From Candidatus Nanoarchaeia archaeon (GTDB taxonomy: Archaea > Nanobdellota > Nanobdellia > Pacearchaeales > GW2011-AR1): a DNA stretch of 64,000 nucleotides. Below are positions 19,334 to 27,382 of the stretch, piece after piece. The stretch covers positions 10,287 through 74,286 of the forward strand of contig JBGQNO010000002.1 of NCBI GenBank assembly GCA_041501125.1. Reading direction: 5' to 3'. Numbering within the stretch: the stretch's first letter is position 1; each line of letters begins with the position of its first letter. Under the pieces are notes generated by a model, which made no database searches, had not been told where the DNA came from, and saw nothing but the letters and a program-made list of their open reading frames with translations. Both the position numbers and the translations under genes were made by a program.

Positions 19334-19341
19334 AAAAAAAA
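19334..19341 (-). terminator. oligo-T tract downstream of the hydrolase gene
   Basis: A run of eight A on the + strand gives T8 on the minus strand, 10 nt after the stop at 19351. Confidence 0.4.
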
Positions 19342-19350
19342 TCTTCTCAG

Positions 19351-20139
19351 CTAAGAATTTGCAGACAAATGTTTTCTGAAAAACTTTTCAACAGGCTCTT
19401 TCATTTTTTCTATTGGTATGGCATGCCCTTCTGATTCGTAATGCAAAAGGTGTTCTGGCTTGCCACCGAGCATTTCATGATAAACTCCCATTGATTTTGC
19501 AGATGCTCTGTCATCCAATGCTCCGACAAGAGTCATGACATTCATACCATTTGGCTTAAAATTTGCCAGCTCCTGCAAACCATCAATTTTCTCAATTTCA
19601 TCAAGGCATCTTATTGGAATAACTCTTGTTATCCCGCGCTGGGCATCATAAACAGAAGTTATTGGAAATTCCTCAATCAATTTCTTGTTTCTTGCATTTA
19701 CAAGTGCATTTCTTAATTCTTCTGTTCCAAAATATTTCCAGCCGACAAGCGGCGAGACAGAAACATAGCATCTTGGAGAAATTACGTTTGTTGCTCCATT
19801 AGAAAGTCCGTAAGCGAAAATTGCTCCGCTGATACTTGAAGCAATAACACCAACTCTTGAAGTATCAACATTTGGATGTTGTGATAATTCTTCAAAAGCC
19901 TCTTTCATATTCTGCATGTATCGGCCTAAACTGAAATCGCAGACAACTTTGCTTCCAGAATCCTCAATACCATCATACATCATGCCCATACACACCATTT
20001 CTTTGGATAAATCCTCAAATATCATGTCTATCCTGCCGCCTTCTAAACCTTTTACAAATCCAGGCATTCCAAGAATAGCTGGTCTTTTTTCATGCCCTAA
20101 ATTTCCAGAGGTGTACAGTTCTGTTCTTACCATTGGCAT
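19351..20139 (-). CDS. alpha/beta-fold hydrolase
   Basis: Nucleophile-elbow-like GVIASSISGA, acid-like GALDDRA and His-like SEGHAI, at alpha/beta-hydrolase spacing. Confidence 0.55.
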   Translation of the reverse strand: MPMVRTELYTSGNLGHEKRPAILGMPGFVKGLEGGRIDMIFEDLSKEMVCMGMMYDGIEDSGSKVVCDFSLGRYMQNMKEAFEELSQHPNVDTSRVGVIASSISGAIFAYGLSNGATNVISPRCYVSVSPLVGWKYFGTEELRNALVNARNKKLIEEFPITSVYDAQRGITRVIPIRCLDEIEKIDGLQELANFKPNGMNVMTLVGALDDRASAKSMGVYHEMLGGKPEHLLHYESEGHAIPIEKMKEPVEKFFRKHLSANS

Positions 20140-20172
20140 TTCAGAAAAAGTTTGTTTAAAAAGCTTTCTGCC

Positions 20173-21483
20173 CTAAATCCTCTTCTCAATCTTGATTGCA
20201 GTCGGAGATTCACCACCATGCCATGTGAATCTTGGCCTCACGCGCATCGGATAGATTCTTTCAGAATTATCATCAAGTATTATTGCACTTCCTTTCAAAC
20301 TTGGAAGTTCATCCATGTATCTTTTTATGCTTTCAAGAAGATAAGATTGCATGATTTGGTTTAATGATGTTATATCAGGCTGTGCAGTTACACGATGCGA
20401 TATAATAATATCAGCCTGTGTAATTGCATCTCTTCGCAGAGCACCGGGCTGTTGCGTTGCCATTACCAATGAAAGTCCGGGTTGTCTTCCTTCGCGCAGA
20501 AGCTGAATCAAAGCATCTGTCGCAGGAGTTTTTCCAACATCAGGCAGGAATTCATGAACTTCATCAATAAAAAACCAAACCATTGGCATTTCTCGTTTTA
20601 CATTAAATGTCAGGTAGTCTAATCCGTGTTCAACAGACTGAATTTCCTCGCTTTTTCTTGCCAGCATTCTTTCATTCAAAATCTTTCTTGTCACAAGGCT
20701 TACAACAAGCGCGCGAACATTGAATGTCGCTACAGAGCTGTACATGCTCAAGTCAAGTATGCTTGTAATTCCGGCTTTGACAAGTTCAGAAGTTTCAGTC
20801 GCCTTCTGCTTCTTTGAAGCAAATATTTTCCATTCTTTTGCAGCTTCAAAAATTCCTATTGCTGCATTCTTAACATCTTCGGTTGCAGTCTTGTCAGTCT
20901 TGATTGTCAAAATAATATCATCAATATCATACTTTTCAATTTCTTTTAATGCTCCAATAACTCGTTCAATCAAAACTGCAACAGGGCTGATGAACTCTAA
21001 GTCAAATGTCATAAGCCAGTCTTCAATGTTCATATCTGCAGGGTCAAGAGAAAATTGCCCATCTGCAATCAATCCGCGCTTTTCATATTCTTCAATAAAA
21101 CCAAAAGGCACAAGAACTTGTGCTGGAGTTGTCTTTGGCTTGAGACTCCAGCTCGCAAGCAAATCCTTTTCCTTGTCATTTGGATATTTCATTGTCCAGA
21201 ATATTCCCATAGTGTCAAATACCAGGCTTGCAATATTTCCCCGGACTTCTTCAGGCAGTGCAGCAAGTTCCTCTGCAATAACTCCAAGCGTGTAAGATTT
21301 TCCACTGCCTCTTTTTCCAGAAACAAGAATTACATGGCTTCTTGCAACATCCAGGTAAATAGGATTGCTCAAACTCGTGTACTGCCCCATTTTCACAAAC
21401 CCCTTGCCAATATATACCAGTCCCTTGTTGCCGAACTTTATTTTGTCGCTCTCATCTCTTCCTATAATAATATCATATGGCAT
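20173..21483 (-). CDS. HerA/FtsK-superfamily (DUF87-like) ATPase
   Basis: Walker A motif SGKRGSGKSYT, Walker B motif VWFFIDEVHEF, a small N-terminal barrel-like region, and a C-terminal RPRFTWHGG tail. Confidence 0.65.
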   Translation of the reverse strand: MPYDIIIGRDESDKIKFGNKGLVYIGKGFVKMGQYTSLSNPIYLDVARSHVILVSGKRGSGKSYTLGVIAEELAALPEEVRGNIASLVFDTMGIFWTMKYPNDKEKDLLASWSLKPKTTPAQVLVPFGFIEEYEKRGLIADGQFSLDPADMNIEDWLMTFDLEFISPVAVLIERVIGALKEIEKYDIDDIILTIKTDKTATEDVKNAAIGIFEAAKEWKIFASKKQKATETSELVKAGITSILDLSMYSSVATFNVRALVVSLVTRKILNERMLARKSEEIQSVEHGLDYLTFNVKREMPMVWFFIDEVHEFLPDVGKTPATDALIQLLREGRQPGLSLVMATQQPGALRRDAITQADIIISHRVTAQPDITSLNQIMQSYLLESIKRYMDELPSLKGSAIILDDNSERIYPMRVRPRFTWHGGESPTAIKIEKRI

Positions 21484-21557
21484 AATCTAAATCATACTTT
21501 ATTATATATAAACTTGTTGAAATAATGGTAAAAATTCAAATTAAAATGAAACAATTG

Positions 21558-21598
21558 TGACTATAACCCCGCGAGGTGAAGCGTTTTAATATTAATTC
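21558..21598 (+). repeat. intergenic hairpin/AT-palindrome element, copy 3
   Basis: TGACTATAACCCCGCGAGGTGAAGCGTTTTAATATTAATTC. Confidence 0.5.
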
Positions 21599-21648
21599 AA
21601 ACACATTAAAAATGTTTCAAACAAAACATTTTTAAACAACTCGCTTCT

Positions 21649-22638
21649 TTGAAAATGATGGCTTTAGACAAACAAGAAGCAGAGGAAAATAACCTCACAG
21701 AAAGAGTAAGAAAAAATCCGTGGATGATTTCAACAATAGTTCTTGGAATAATTGCACTGTTGCTTGTTACATTTGTTATGCCTAAATCACTTACAGGCAA
21801 TGCAATCTCTGAGAAGGATGCAAGCGATAAAATCATGACATATGTTAATTCAGTTGCAAGCGCACCAGTCACATTTGTAGCATCTAAGGACTTGGGAAAT
21901 TTCTATGAAGTGCAAGTATTATACCAGAACCAGACACTTCCATTATATATCTCAAAGGATGGACAATACTGGACATCTGTATTGCAGGCAATGACACCAG
22001 CACAGACACAACCAGCAGCTCAAACAAAGGAAGTTCCTAAAACAGCAAAGCCTGTTGTAGAACTTTTTGTAATGAGCTTTTGCCCTTATGGTGTAAAAGC
22101 TGAAAGTAATATTCTTCCAGTGATTGAATTGCTTAAAAACAAAATTGATTTTAAAATAAGATTTATAGTCAGTGTAGCAGGTGACACAATAAATGATGTT
22201 AATTCCTTACATGGAATAAATGAAGCAAAAGAAGATGCAAGACAGCTTATAATAATGAAATACTACCCAGACAAATACTACAGTTATCTTAAGGAATTTG
22301 ATGCAAACTGCTATCCAGTAGCTTCAGATTCTGCAAAGCTTGAAACATGCTGGAAAGCGACAGCAGGCAAGTATGGAATTGACGCAAACAAAATAGAAAC
22401 AGCAGCATATGGACAAGAAGGAATTGCATTGTTAAAAACAGAAGAAGCAGAAACAGTCAAATACAAAGCCTCCGGAAGCCCTACACTTGTAATAAATGGT
22501 GTCCAAAGCAGTGCAATATATTCAGGAACATCTGCAACACAAGCTGCAATATGCAATGCATTCAGCACAGCACCTTCAGAATGTGGCACAGCAGTGCAAT
22601 CAAATTCTACTACTACAACTTCTGCAAGCTGTGGCTAA
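21649..22638 (+). CDS. membrane-anchored thioredoxin-fold (DsbA-like) protein
   Basis: N-terminal transmembrane segment (ISTIVLGIIALLLVTFV) and a thioredoxin-like block ELFVMSFCPYGVKAE, which has CPYG rather than CPYC. The C-terminus is Thr/Ser-rich and ends with a Cys. Confidence 0.45.
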   Translation: MKMMALDKQEAEENNLTERVRKNPWMISTIVLGIIALLLVTFVMPKSLTGNAISEKDASDKIMTYVNSVASAPVTFVASKDLGNFYEVQVLYQNQTLPLYISKDGQYWTSVLQAMTPAQTQPAAQTKEVPKTAKPVVELFVMSFCPYGVKAESNILPVIELLKNKIDFKIRFIVSVAGDTINDVNSLHGINEAKEDARQLIIMKYYPDKYYSYLKEFDANCYPVASDSAKLETCWKATAGKYGIDANKIETAAYGQEGIALLKTEEAETVKYKASGSPTLVINGVQSSAIYSGTSATQAAICNAFSTAPSECGTAVQSNSTTTTSASCG

Positions 22639-22643
22639 TTAAA

Positions 22644-22937
22644 ATGACAAAAATTTCTGAACTCGAAAAAGGAAAAACCGGTATTGATGTTACTGGAACA
22701 ATCAAAGAGATTGGCGAAGTAAGAAGTTTTGACAAATTCGGCCGCACATTGCAAGTTGCTAATGCAGTTCTTACAGATGACTCTGGCGAGGTTAAATTAA
22801 CATTGTGGAACCAGGATATTGAAAAAGTCAAGCAAGGCGACACTGTCAGGATAACAAACGGCTATGTCAATGAATTCCAGGGCGAGAAACAGCTCACAAC
22901 AGGCAAATTCGGCAAGCTCGAAGTTAATCCTAAATAA
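22644..22937 (+). CDS. single OB-fold ssDNA-binding (RPA/SSB-like) protein
   Basis: Internal start at 22644 gives a 97-aa protein, MTKISELEKGKTGIDVTGTIKEIGEVRSF...LTLWNQDIEKVKQGDTVRITNGYVNEFQGEKQL, a typical short archaeal OB-fold pattern. Confidence 0.6.
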   Translation: MTKISELEKGKTGIDVTGTIKEIGEVRSFDKFGRTLQVANAVLTDDSGEVKLTLWNQDIEKVKQGDTVRITNGYVNEFQGEKQLTTGKFGKLEVNPK

Positions 22938-22965
22938 TTTTTGCTATTAATTCTAAAAATCTTAT

Positions 22966-24126
22966 TTAAACCGCCTTATTCAAGAAATCTACTTCATCCT
23001 GTTCAAGCTTCAGTTTTCTCTGGACTTCATCGCTCTTCAAAGTATTCACAATCAATGGAAATTCATTCATCGCTCTTCTCAAAGAGATGTGGCAGAATCT
23101 TGCATATTTCTTTGCTATCTCTTTCTTGATAAGATTCTTCTGGTTAATCATCCATATCTTCAAAATCCTTTCCGGACGTTTATAGCTTGTGAACTCTCTT
23201 TTGATTTTAGTCTTGCATGCCGAGATGCCATAAGAAAGCAAAAAGTTCTGATAAATCAAAAATCTCCAGTGCTGCTGTCTGTAGATTCTTCCCTTGAACA
23301 CATCTGCCCTGCTTAGAATGTCAATTGCCCGCGCCAAGTCTGCTCCTTCATACTCTCTTGGAATATTCTCCTCAAGCCAAAGCGCAACTTCTTCTATAGG
23401 CATATTTACCTTGTCATACAAATCAATATCCCGCAACGAGGGCTGATCCTTAAACACCTGCTTCAGTGCATTGAATATACTTTCCTCCCTGTCTCTTCCT
23501 GCAAGAAGAATTGTCTCGTCTTCTATGCCTTGCAAATCATTCAAGGCAGCTCTGCAGTCGCCTCTTGCTGTGACTGAAATAGATTTCAAGATATCTTCGC
23601 TTAGATTGATTTTCTCACCACTAGCTACTTGTTTTAAAAGTTCAAGTATTGAAAAATGAGTTAATGCTTTTAACTCAATCATCTCTGCCTTTTTCCTGAG
23701 CTGCACGAATTTTCTGTCCCAGATATGGTTTGCGGTCATGATAATTGGAAAACTCGTCTGTTCAATCAATACAATCAGCTCCTGCAAACCTCCCCTGTCG
23801 TAAAATCCTGAAATTCCATCAACCTCATCCATCAGTATTACTTTGCTCTTGTTGAAAAGAGATTGCTGCTGCGAGGAGTTTCCAACAATACTGTCAATAT
23901 TATCCCTGTTTCTCAAATCCGAGGCATTCAGCTCAATAATCTCTGCTTTCAGCTCACGAGCCAGCGCATATGCAAGGCTTGTCTTGCCGCTTCCTGCAGG
24001 CCCATAAAGTATTGCTGCTTTCTTTGACGGAAAATTCTTTACAAAACTTCTAAGTTTAGAAATCGCCATCTCCTGGCCCTTTATGTCTGCAAAATTCTTC
24101 GGCTTGTATTTGTCAACGAGATTCAT
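22966..24126 (-). CDS. rfcL: replication factor C large subunit
   Basis: N-terminus KYKPKNFADIKGQ, Walker A LYGPAGSGKTS, Walker B ILMDEVD. Confidence 0.85.
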   Translation of the reverse strand: MNLVDKYKPKNFADIKGQEMAISKLRSFVKNFPSKKAAILYGPAGSGKTSLAYALARELKAEIIELNASDLRNRDNIDSIVGNSSQQQSLFNKSKVILMDEVDGISGFYDRGGLQELIVLIEQTSFPIIMTANHIWDRKFVQLRKKAEMIELKALTHFSILELLKQVASGEKINLSEDILKSISVTARGDCRAALNDLQGIEDETILLAGRDREESIFNALKQVFKDQPSLRDIDLYDKVNMPIEEVALWLEENIPREYEGADLARAIDILSRADVFKGRIYRQQHWRFLIYQNFLLSYGISACKTKIKREFTSYKRPERILKIWMINQKNLIKKEIAKKYARFCHISLRRAMNEFPLIVNTLKSDEVQRKLKLEQDEVDFLNKAV

Positions 24127-24464
24127 TTTCTTTTGTTAAAACCCTCAAAATAGATTCTTGGGTCATTGATATCATAAACTTCTACTATTTTGTAAATTCC
24201 TTTTGTATACAATCCTTTCTTTAACACAAAGTGGGTATACTCTAGTATTATAATACTTGCCAAAGGCCTTGTCAATTGTTGATTTCCGCAAGTTTCTACT
24301 AAAGGAATTTCTCCTTCCAGCCAGTAATTTCTCTGCCCCTCTTTAAGAAATGGATAAGTTTCACCAGCAGCCAATCTCTCAGGAAGGCACTCTTCTATAT
24401 TTCTGCCTGATGTTCCAAATTTTCTTAAAGCTAAATCTGGATTAAATTCTACTTTAATTCCCAT
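24123..24464 (-). CDS. hypothetical 113-aa protein embedded between rfcS and rfcL
   Basis: Its ATG at 24464 lies 1 nt after the rfcS stop, and its stop overlaps the rfcL ATG (ATGA). I recognised no motif in MGIKVEFNPDLALRKFG... Confidence 0.45.
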   Translation of the reverse strand: MGIKVEFNPDLALRKFGTSGRNIEECLPERLAAGETYPFLKEGQRNYWLEGEIPLVETCGNQQLTRPLASIIILEYTHFVLKKGLYTKGIYKIVEVYDINDPRIYFEGFNKRK

Positions 24465-24465
24465 T

Positions 24466-25428
24466 TTACTGCTTGCCTTGTCCAGCAAGTACAAAGCTTG
24501 CAAGCAGCGATTGAAGCTGGACAAATTCATCGCTTCCTTCAACCATCCTGAATTCAACCTCACCAATTTTTTCTGTAAGCCTGACTTTCAGGTCTGGCTC
24601 AATTTGAAGATTCCATATTTCTTTCTGGACTGATTTTATTACATCCTGTCCAGAAATACTTTCTTTAAGCATGATATCAAGCAGCTTGTCTCTTGAATTT
24701 ATGAAATCTCCAGCAAGAGCATAATCTAAAACTATTTTTATGTCAGAAGGTTTTGCGCTTGATGCAATAGTTTCTACAAGCGCCTTGGTAACCCTTGGAC
24801 TTACACTTGCAGTCGATTGAAGAAGGTTGATGACTCTGCGGCAATCTCCCTCGCTTGCCTCATATAAAGTATCAAAAGCATCAGCGTCAACTTCCAGTTT
24901 TTCAGTTTCAGCAATTTTCTTCGCGACTTTCTCAATATCTTTCTTTTCAAGAAGCCTAAATCTAAACACTACACATCTGGATTGTATAGGGTCAATAATC
25001 TTGCTTGAGTAGTTGCACGAGAGCACAAATCTGCAGGTATTTGAATAATTCTCCATGGTTCTTCTCAAAGCCTGCTGCGCTTCTTTAGTCAAAGCATCAG
25101 CCTCATCCAGGAAAATTACTTTGAATGGAAAATCTTTCAATGCCTTGGTTCTTGCAAAATCTTTTACCTTCTGCCTGACAACATCAATTCCTCTCTCATC
25201 ACTTGCATTCAGCTCAAGATAATTCTCCTTCCAGTCCTTTCCAAAAAGTTCTTTTACTATAATCAGTGCCAAAGTTGACTTGCCTGTACCTGCAGGTCCT
25301 GCAAACAACAGGTGAGGAATATTCAGGCTTGACACGAGATTCTTTACTCTTTTGACAATCTCCTCTTGCCCAACCATCTCTTCGAACTTGTCTGGACGAT
25401 ATTTTTCAGTCCAAATCTCATTTGCCAT
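24466..25428 (-). CDS. rfcS: replication factor C small subunit
   Basis: N-terminus WTEKYRPDKFEEMVGQ, Walker A FAGPAGTGKST, Walker B IFLDEADALT, and SRC motif QSRC. I chose the start at MANEIW (25428). Confidence 0.9.
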   Translation of the reverse strand: MANEIWTEKYRPDKFEEMVGQEEIVKRVKNLVSSLNIPHLLFAGPAGTGKSTLALIIVKELFGKDWKENYLELNASDERGIDVVRQKVKDFARTKALKDFPFKVIFLDEADALTKEAQQALRRTMENYSNTCRFVLSCNYSSKIIDPIQSRCVVFRFRLLEKKDIEKVAKKIAETEKLEVDADAFDTLYEASEGDCRRVINLLQSTASVSPRVTKALVETIASSAKPSDIKIVLDYALAGDFINSRDKLLDIMLKESISGQDVIKSVQKEIWNLQIEPDLKVRLTEKIGEVEFRMVEGSDEFVQLQSLLASFVLAGQGKQ

Positions 25429-25508
25429 AACATTAAACCATTTCATGTTCTTATAAATATTATTATGCTTTACAAGAAACAAGAATTGTCTCGCAAACAA
25501 AAGAATAA

Positions 25509-25556
25509 ACTGCCCGTGTGCACCCCGATGGGTAAATCCTTAAATTATTAATTAAA
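25509..25556 (+). repeat. intergenic hairpin/AT-palindrome element, copy 4
   Basis: ACTGCCCGTGTGCACCCCGATGGGTAAATCCTTAAATTATTAATTAAA. Confidence 0.55.
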
Positions 25557-25575
25557 TTAAATAACAAGAAAAGTT

Positions 25576-25692
25576 TTATTGTGCTCTTTGTCTTCTCAGC
25601 TTTCTCTTTCGCTTTTCTTCATTAAGTCGCTTTCTTTGCCACTTCCATCGCATCTGTCCTTTCTTCTTCCATCTTCGTGATGAGCGTTTCAT
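25576..25692 (-). CDS. rpl41e: ribosomal protein L41e
   Basis: 38-aa ORF below the ORF-track size cutoff. My manual translation is MKRSSRRWKKKGQMRWKWQRKRLNEEKRKRKLRRQRAQ, matching the archaeal L41e pattern MKR..RKWKKKG.MRWKW. Confidence 0.75.
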   Translation of the reverse strand: MKRSSRRWKKKGQMRWKWQRKRLNEEKRKRKLRRQRAQ

Positions 25693-25731
25693 AATCTTTC
25701 CTCGCTTTGCGGATTTTTAAATCTTTCTTGC

Positions 25732-26148
25732 TCAGTAAACATAGGATGGAATTTCCACTCCCAGTCTTCTTCCAAGAACAAAATCATTCAAAGCATGAAT
25801 AGAATCTTCAGAAAATGCATGCTCCAGTTCATGAGCCTCATCACAAACTTCTATGTCATCATATTTCATAATCTTTTTAAGAAAATTCTTTATTGTTTTA
25901 TGCCTTTCATGCAGAAACTCTCCAACCTTCATGCCTTTTGATGTCAAAATTACTTTAGAGTAAGGCTCTAATTTCACTAATCCATTAACAGACAATTTTC
26001 TAAGCATTTCTGATACAGATGGCTTGCTGACTTCCAGCACCCTTGCAATTTCAACGCTTTTGATATTATTGTTTACTCCAAGCCCCAATTCATAAATTGC
26101 CCTCAGATAATCCTCTCTGCCTCTCTTCAACCCCTTCTTCAAACCCAT
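25732..26148 (-). CDS. DtxR/MntR-family metal-dependent transcriptional repressor
   Basis: N-terminus REDYLRAIYEL, a winged HTH (VSKPSVSEMLRKL), and a dimerisation/metal-binding region HE..H...E. Confidence 0.8.
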   Translation of the reverse strand: MGLKKGLKRGREDYLRAIYELGLGVNNNIKSVEIARVLEVSKPSVSEMLRKLSVNGLVKLEPYSKVILTSKGMKVGEFLHERHKTIKNFLKKIMKYDDIEVCDEAHELEHAFSEDSIHALNDFVLGRRLGVEIPSYVY

Positions 26149-26168
26149 AAGTTAGGTACGCCTAACTT
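26149..26168. promoter_or_regulatory. palindromic DtxR-box-like operator at the repressor's own start
   Basis: AAGTTAGG-TACG-CCTAACTT has perfect 8-nt inverted arms. It abuts the ATG at 26148 and sits downstream of a TATAAATAA box (minus strand). It resembles the TTAGGTTAGCCTAACCTAA class of DtxR boxes. Confidence 0.5.
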
Positions 26169-26202
26169 ATTTATATAGTTTACCTTTTCCATGAAACAAA
26201 AT

Positions 26203-26208
26203 AAAAAA
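26203..26208 (-). terminator. oligo-T tract directly after tRNA-Glu
   Basis: The minus strand reads ...CAGGGGCA-TTTTTTAT. Confidence 0.4.
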
Positions 26209-26422
26209 TGCCCCTGCCGGGATTCGCACCCGGGTTTCAGCCGTTCTCTAACTGCCTCAAGAAGCTTTTGGCTTTTTAGAGGCACAAACGAAAATTGCCT
26301 GTCCTGAGAGGACAGAGGTTATTGTCTCAACGACTAAACCTCGGCGAGTTTCGAGAGGGCCGCGTCACTAGCCTTTTCCTAATTTTGCAATGAGGAAAAT
26401 TTGGCTGCTAGACTACAGGGGC
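26209..26422 (-). tRNA. tRNA-Glu(CUC) with a 108-nt canonical intron and a second insert in the D-loop
   Basis: Acceptor GCCCCTG/CAGGGGC, anticodon stem CGGCC/GGCTG. A bulge-helix-bulge motif (CGGCC-CTCT-[CGA]-AACTCGCC ... GGCAGTT-AGAG-[AAC]-GGCTG) defines intron 26244-26351 and gives the loop CUCUCGC. T-arm CCGGG-TGCGAAT-CCCGG, A73, no encoded CCA. An extra hairpin TTTTCCT..AGGAAAA lies around 26368-26406. Confidence 0.75.
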
Positions 26423-27382
26423 ATGATTTTGAAAAGTGCAAAGTCTTTTTAAATGTTTAGAGTTAGAAAAGCCAATTTCTTGAATATATTTTTGAATCTC
26501 TGCCTTGCGTGACAAAAATATTTGCCTTCCTCTAATAATTTTAGAAGGATTAAAACCCAACTTCACAAATGAATCTCTTACGTTCTTGAGCAATTTAGGA
26601 ATATAGCTAACAAAAGAAATCCTGAGGTTTTTATTATTCTTTGAGATGTAATGAATTGAACCATCTGTATCTATCAAGCCTCTTATACAAGTTCTGAGAT
26701 AACCCTTATTTGCTTGTATCCATTTTGGAATGCCTTGATTATTCTGTTTTTTATTCCCAGATTCTAAACCCTTCTTTTTCAAAAAATTAACCAGATTTTT
26801 GCCATAAACTGATAGACAGACTGCATTGCGATTTTTAGATTTCATTACGCTTCCTTTTTCTCCAAGCAAATCAAAAAACAAATTTGAAACATAATGTGAA
26901 AGATATTCTTTATCATTCCTGCTATCGCCCGCAATTCTTAAAATGTAACATCTAATCTTCTTTCCTTTCTTGAATTGATTAATATTGCCATCGCCCAATA
27001 TAGTCCCAAATAGCTCTGACAGTCTCTCTGATTCTTCTGGCTCTTTAAATTGCTTGATATTTCTGGAAGAATTAAAGGCACCCTTAACTCTCCCCCAATT
27101 ATCATTTAATTTTTCTGTAACATGTCTACCAAAATCAATGTTAGCAATTCTGCATAATTTGTTATAACTCACTTCTGACAAGAGTACCTTCTCATTTCGC
27201 AATTCATTGCCAGTATAATGAACTGAAAGCCCCAATTGCTCTGCGAGTTTACTCCATGTTTTATCGGACTTAGCTAATTCTACTAATTCCTTTTGTTTTC
27301 CAGGCAGCAATCTTATTCTCACAGAATAGTATAAGATACCGAGGTTAATAAACTTTACTTGGCTACTATACCACAGGGGCAT
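26408..27382 (-). CDS. double-motif LAGLIDADG homing endonuclease with an N-terminal DNA-binding-like extension
   Basis: Motifs LSELFGTILGDGNI and LRTCIRGLIDTDGSI. The ATG overlaps a tRNA-like 5' fragment. The stop TAG is T13-A14-G15 of tRNA-Glu. Confidence 0.85.
   Translation of the reverse strand: MPLWYSSQVKFINLGILYYSVRIRLLPGKQKELVELAKSDKTWSKLAEQLGLSVHYTGNELRNEKVLLSEVSYNKLCRIANIDFGRHVTEKLNDNWGRVKGAFNSSRNIKQFKEPEESERLSELFGTILGDGNINQFKKGKKIRCYILRIAGDSRNDKEYLSHYVSNLFFDLLGEKGSVMKSKNRNAVCLSVYGKNLVNFLKKKGLESGNKKQNNQGIPKWIQANKGYLRTCIRGLIDTDGSIHYISKNNKNLRISFVSYIPKLLKNVRDSFVKLGFNPSKIIRGRQIFLSRKAEIQKYIQEIGFSNSKHLKRLCTFQNHAPVV

Noticed and set aside
20626-21525. Plus-strand ORFs (63, 191 and 156 aa) overlapping the HerA-like gene.
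   Set aside because: They lie antisense to a gene with clear Walker A and B motifs, and have no motifs of their own.
24465-24566. The longer 147-aa form of the ORF between rfcS and rfcL.
   Set aside because: The extra 34 codons overlap the rfcS C-terminus in another frame. The internal ATG, 1 nt after the rfcS stop, gives a cleaner operon structure.
26244-26351. Box C/D guide RNA inside the 108-nt tRNA-Glu intron, by analogy with euryarchaeal tRNA-Trp introns.
   Set aside because: I found no RUGAUGA or CUGA boxes in the intron.
26408-27382. The LAGLIDADG ORF as the content of a giant D-loop intron, with the upstream repeat as the true 5' exon.
   Set aside because: The upstream copy's D-stem strand (GTA) does not pair with the downstream GAC, whereas the proximal copy (GTC) does. 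The proximal copy also has its own TATA box. The idea is kept as an alternative in the finding but is not favoured.
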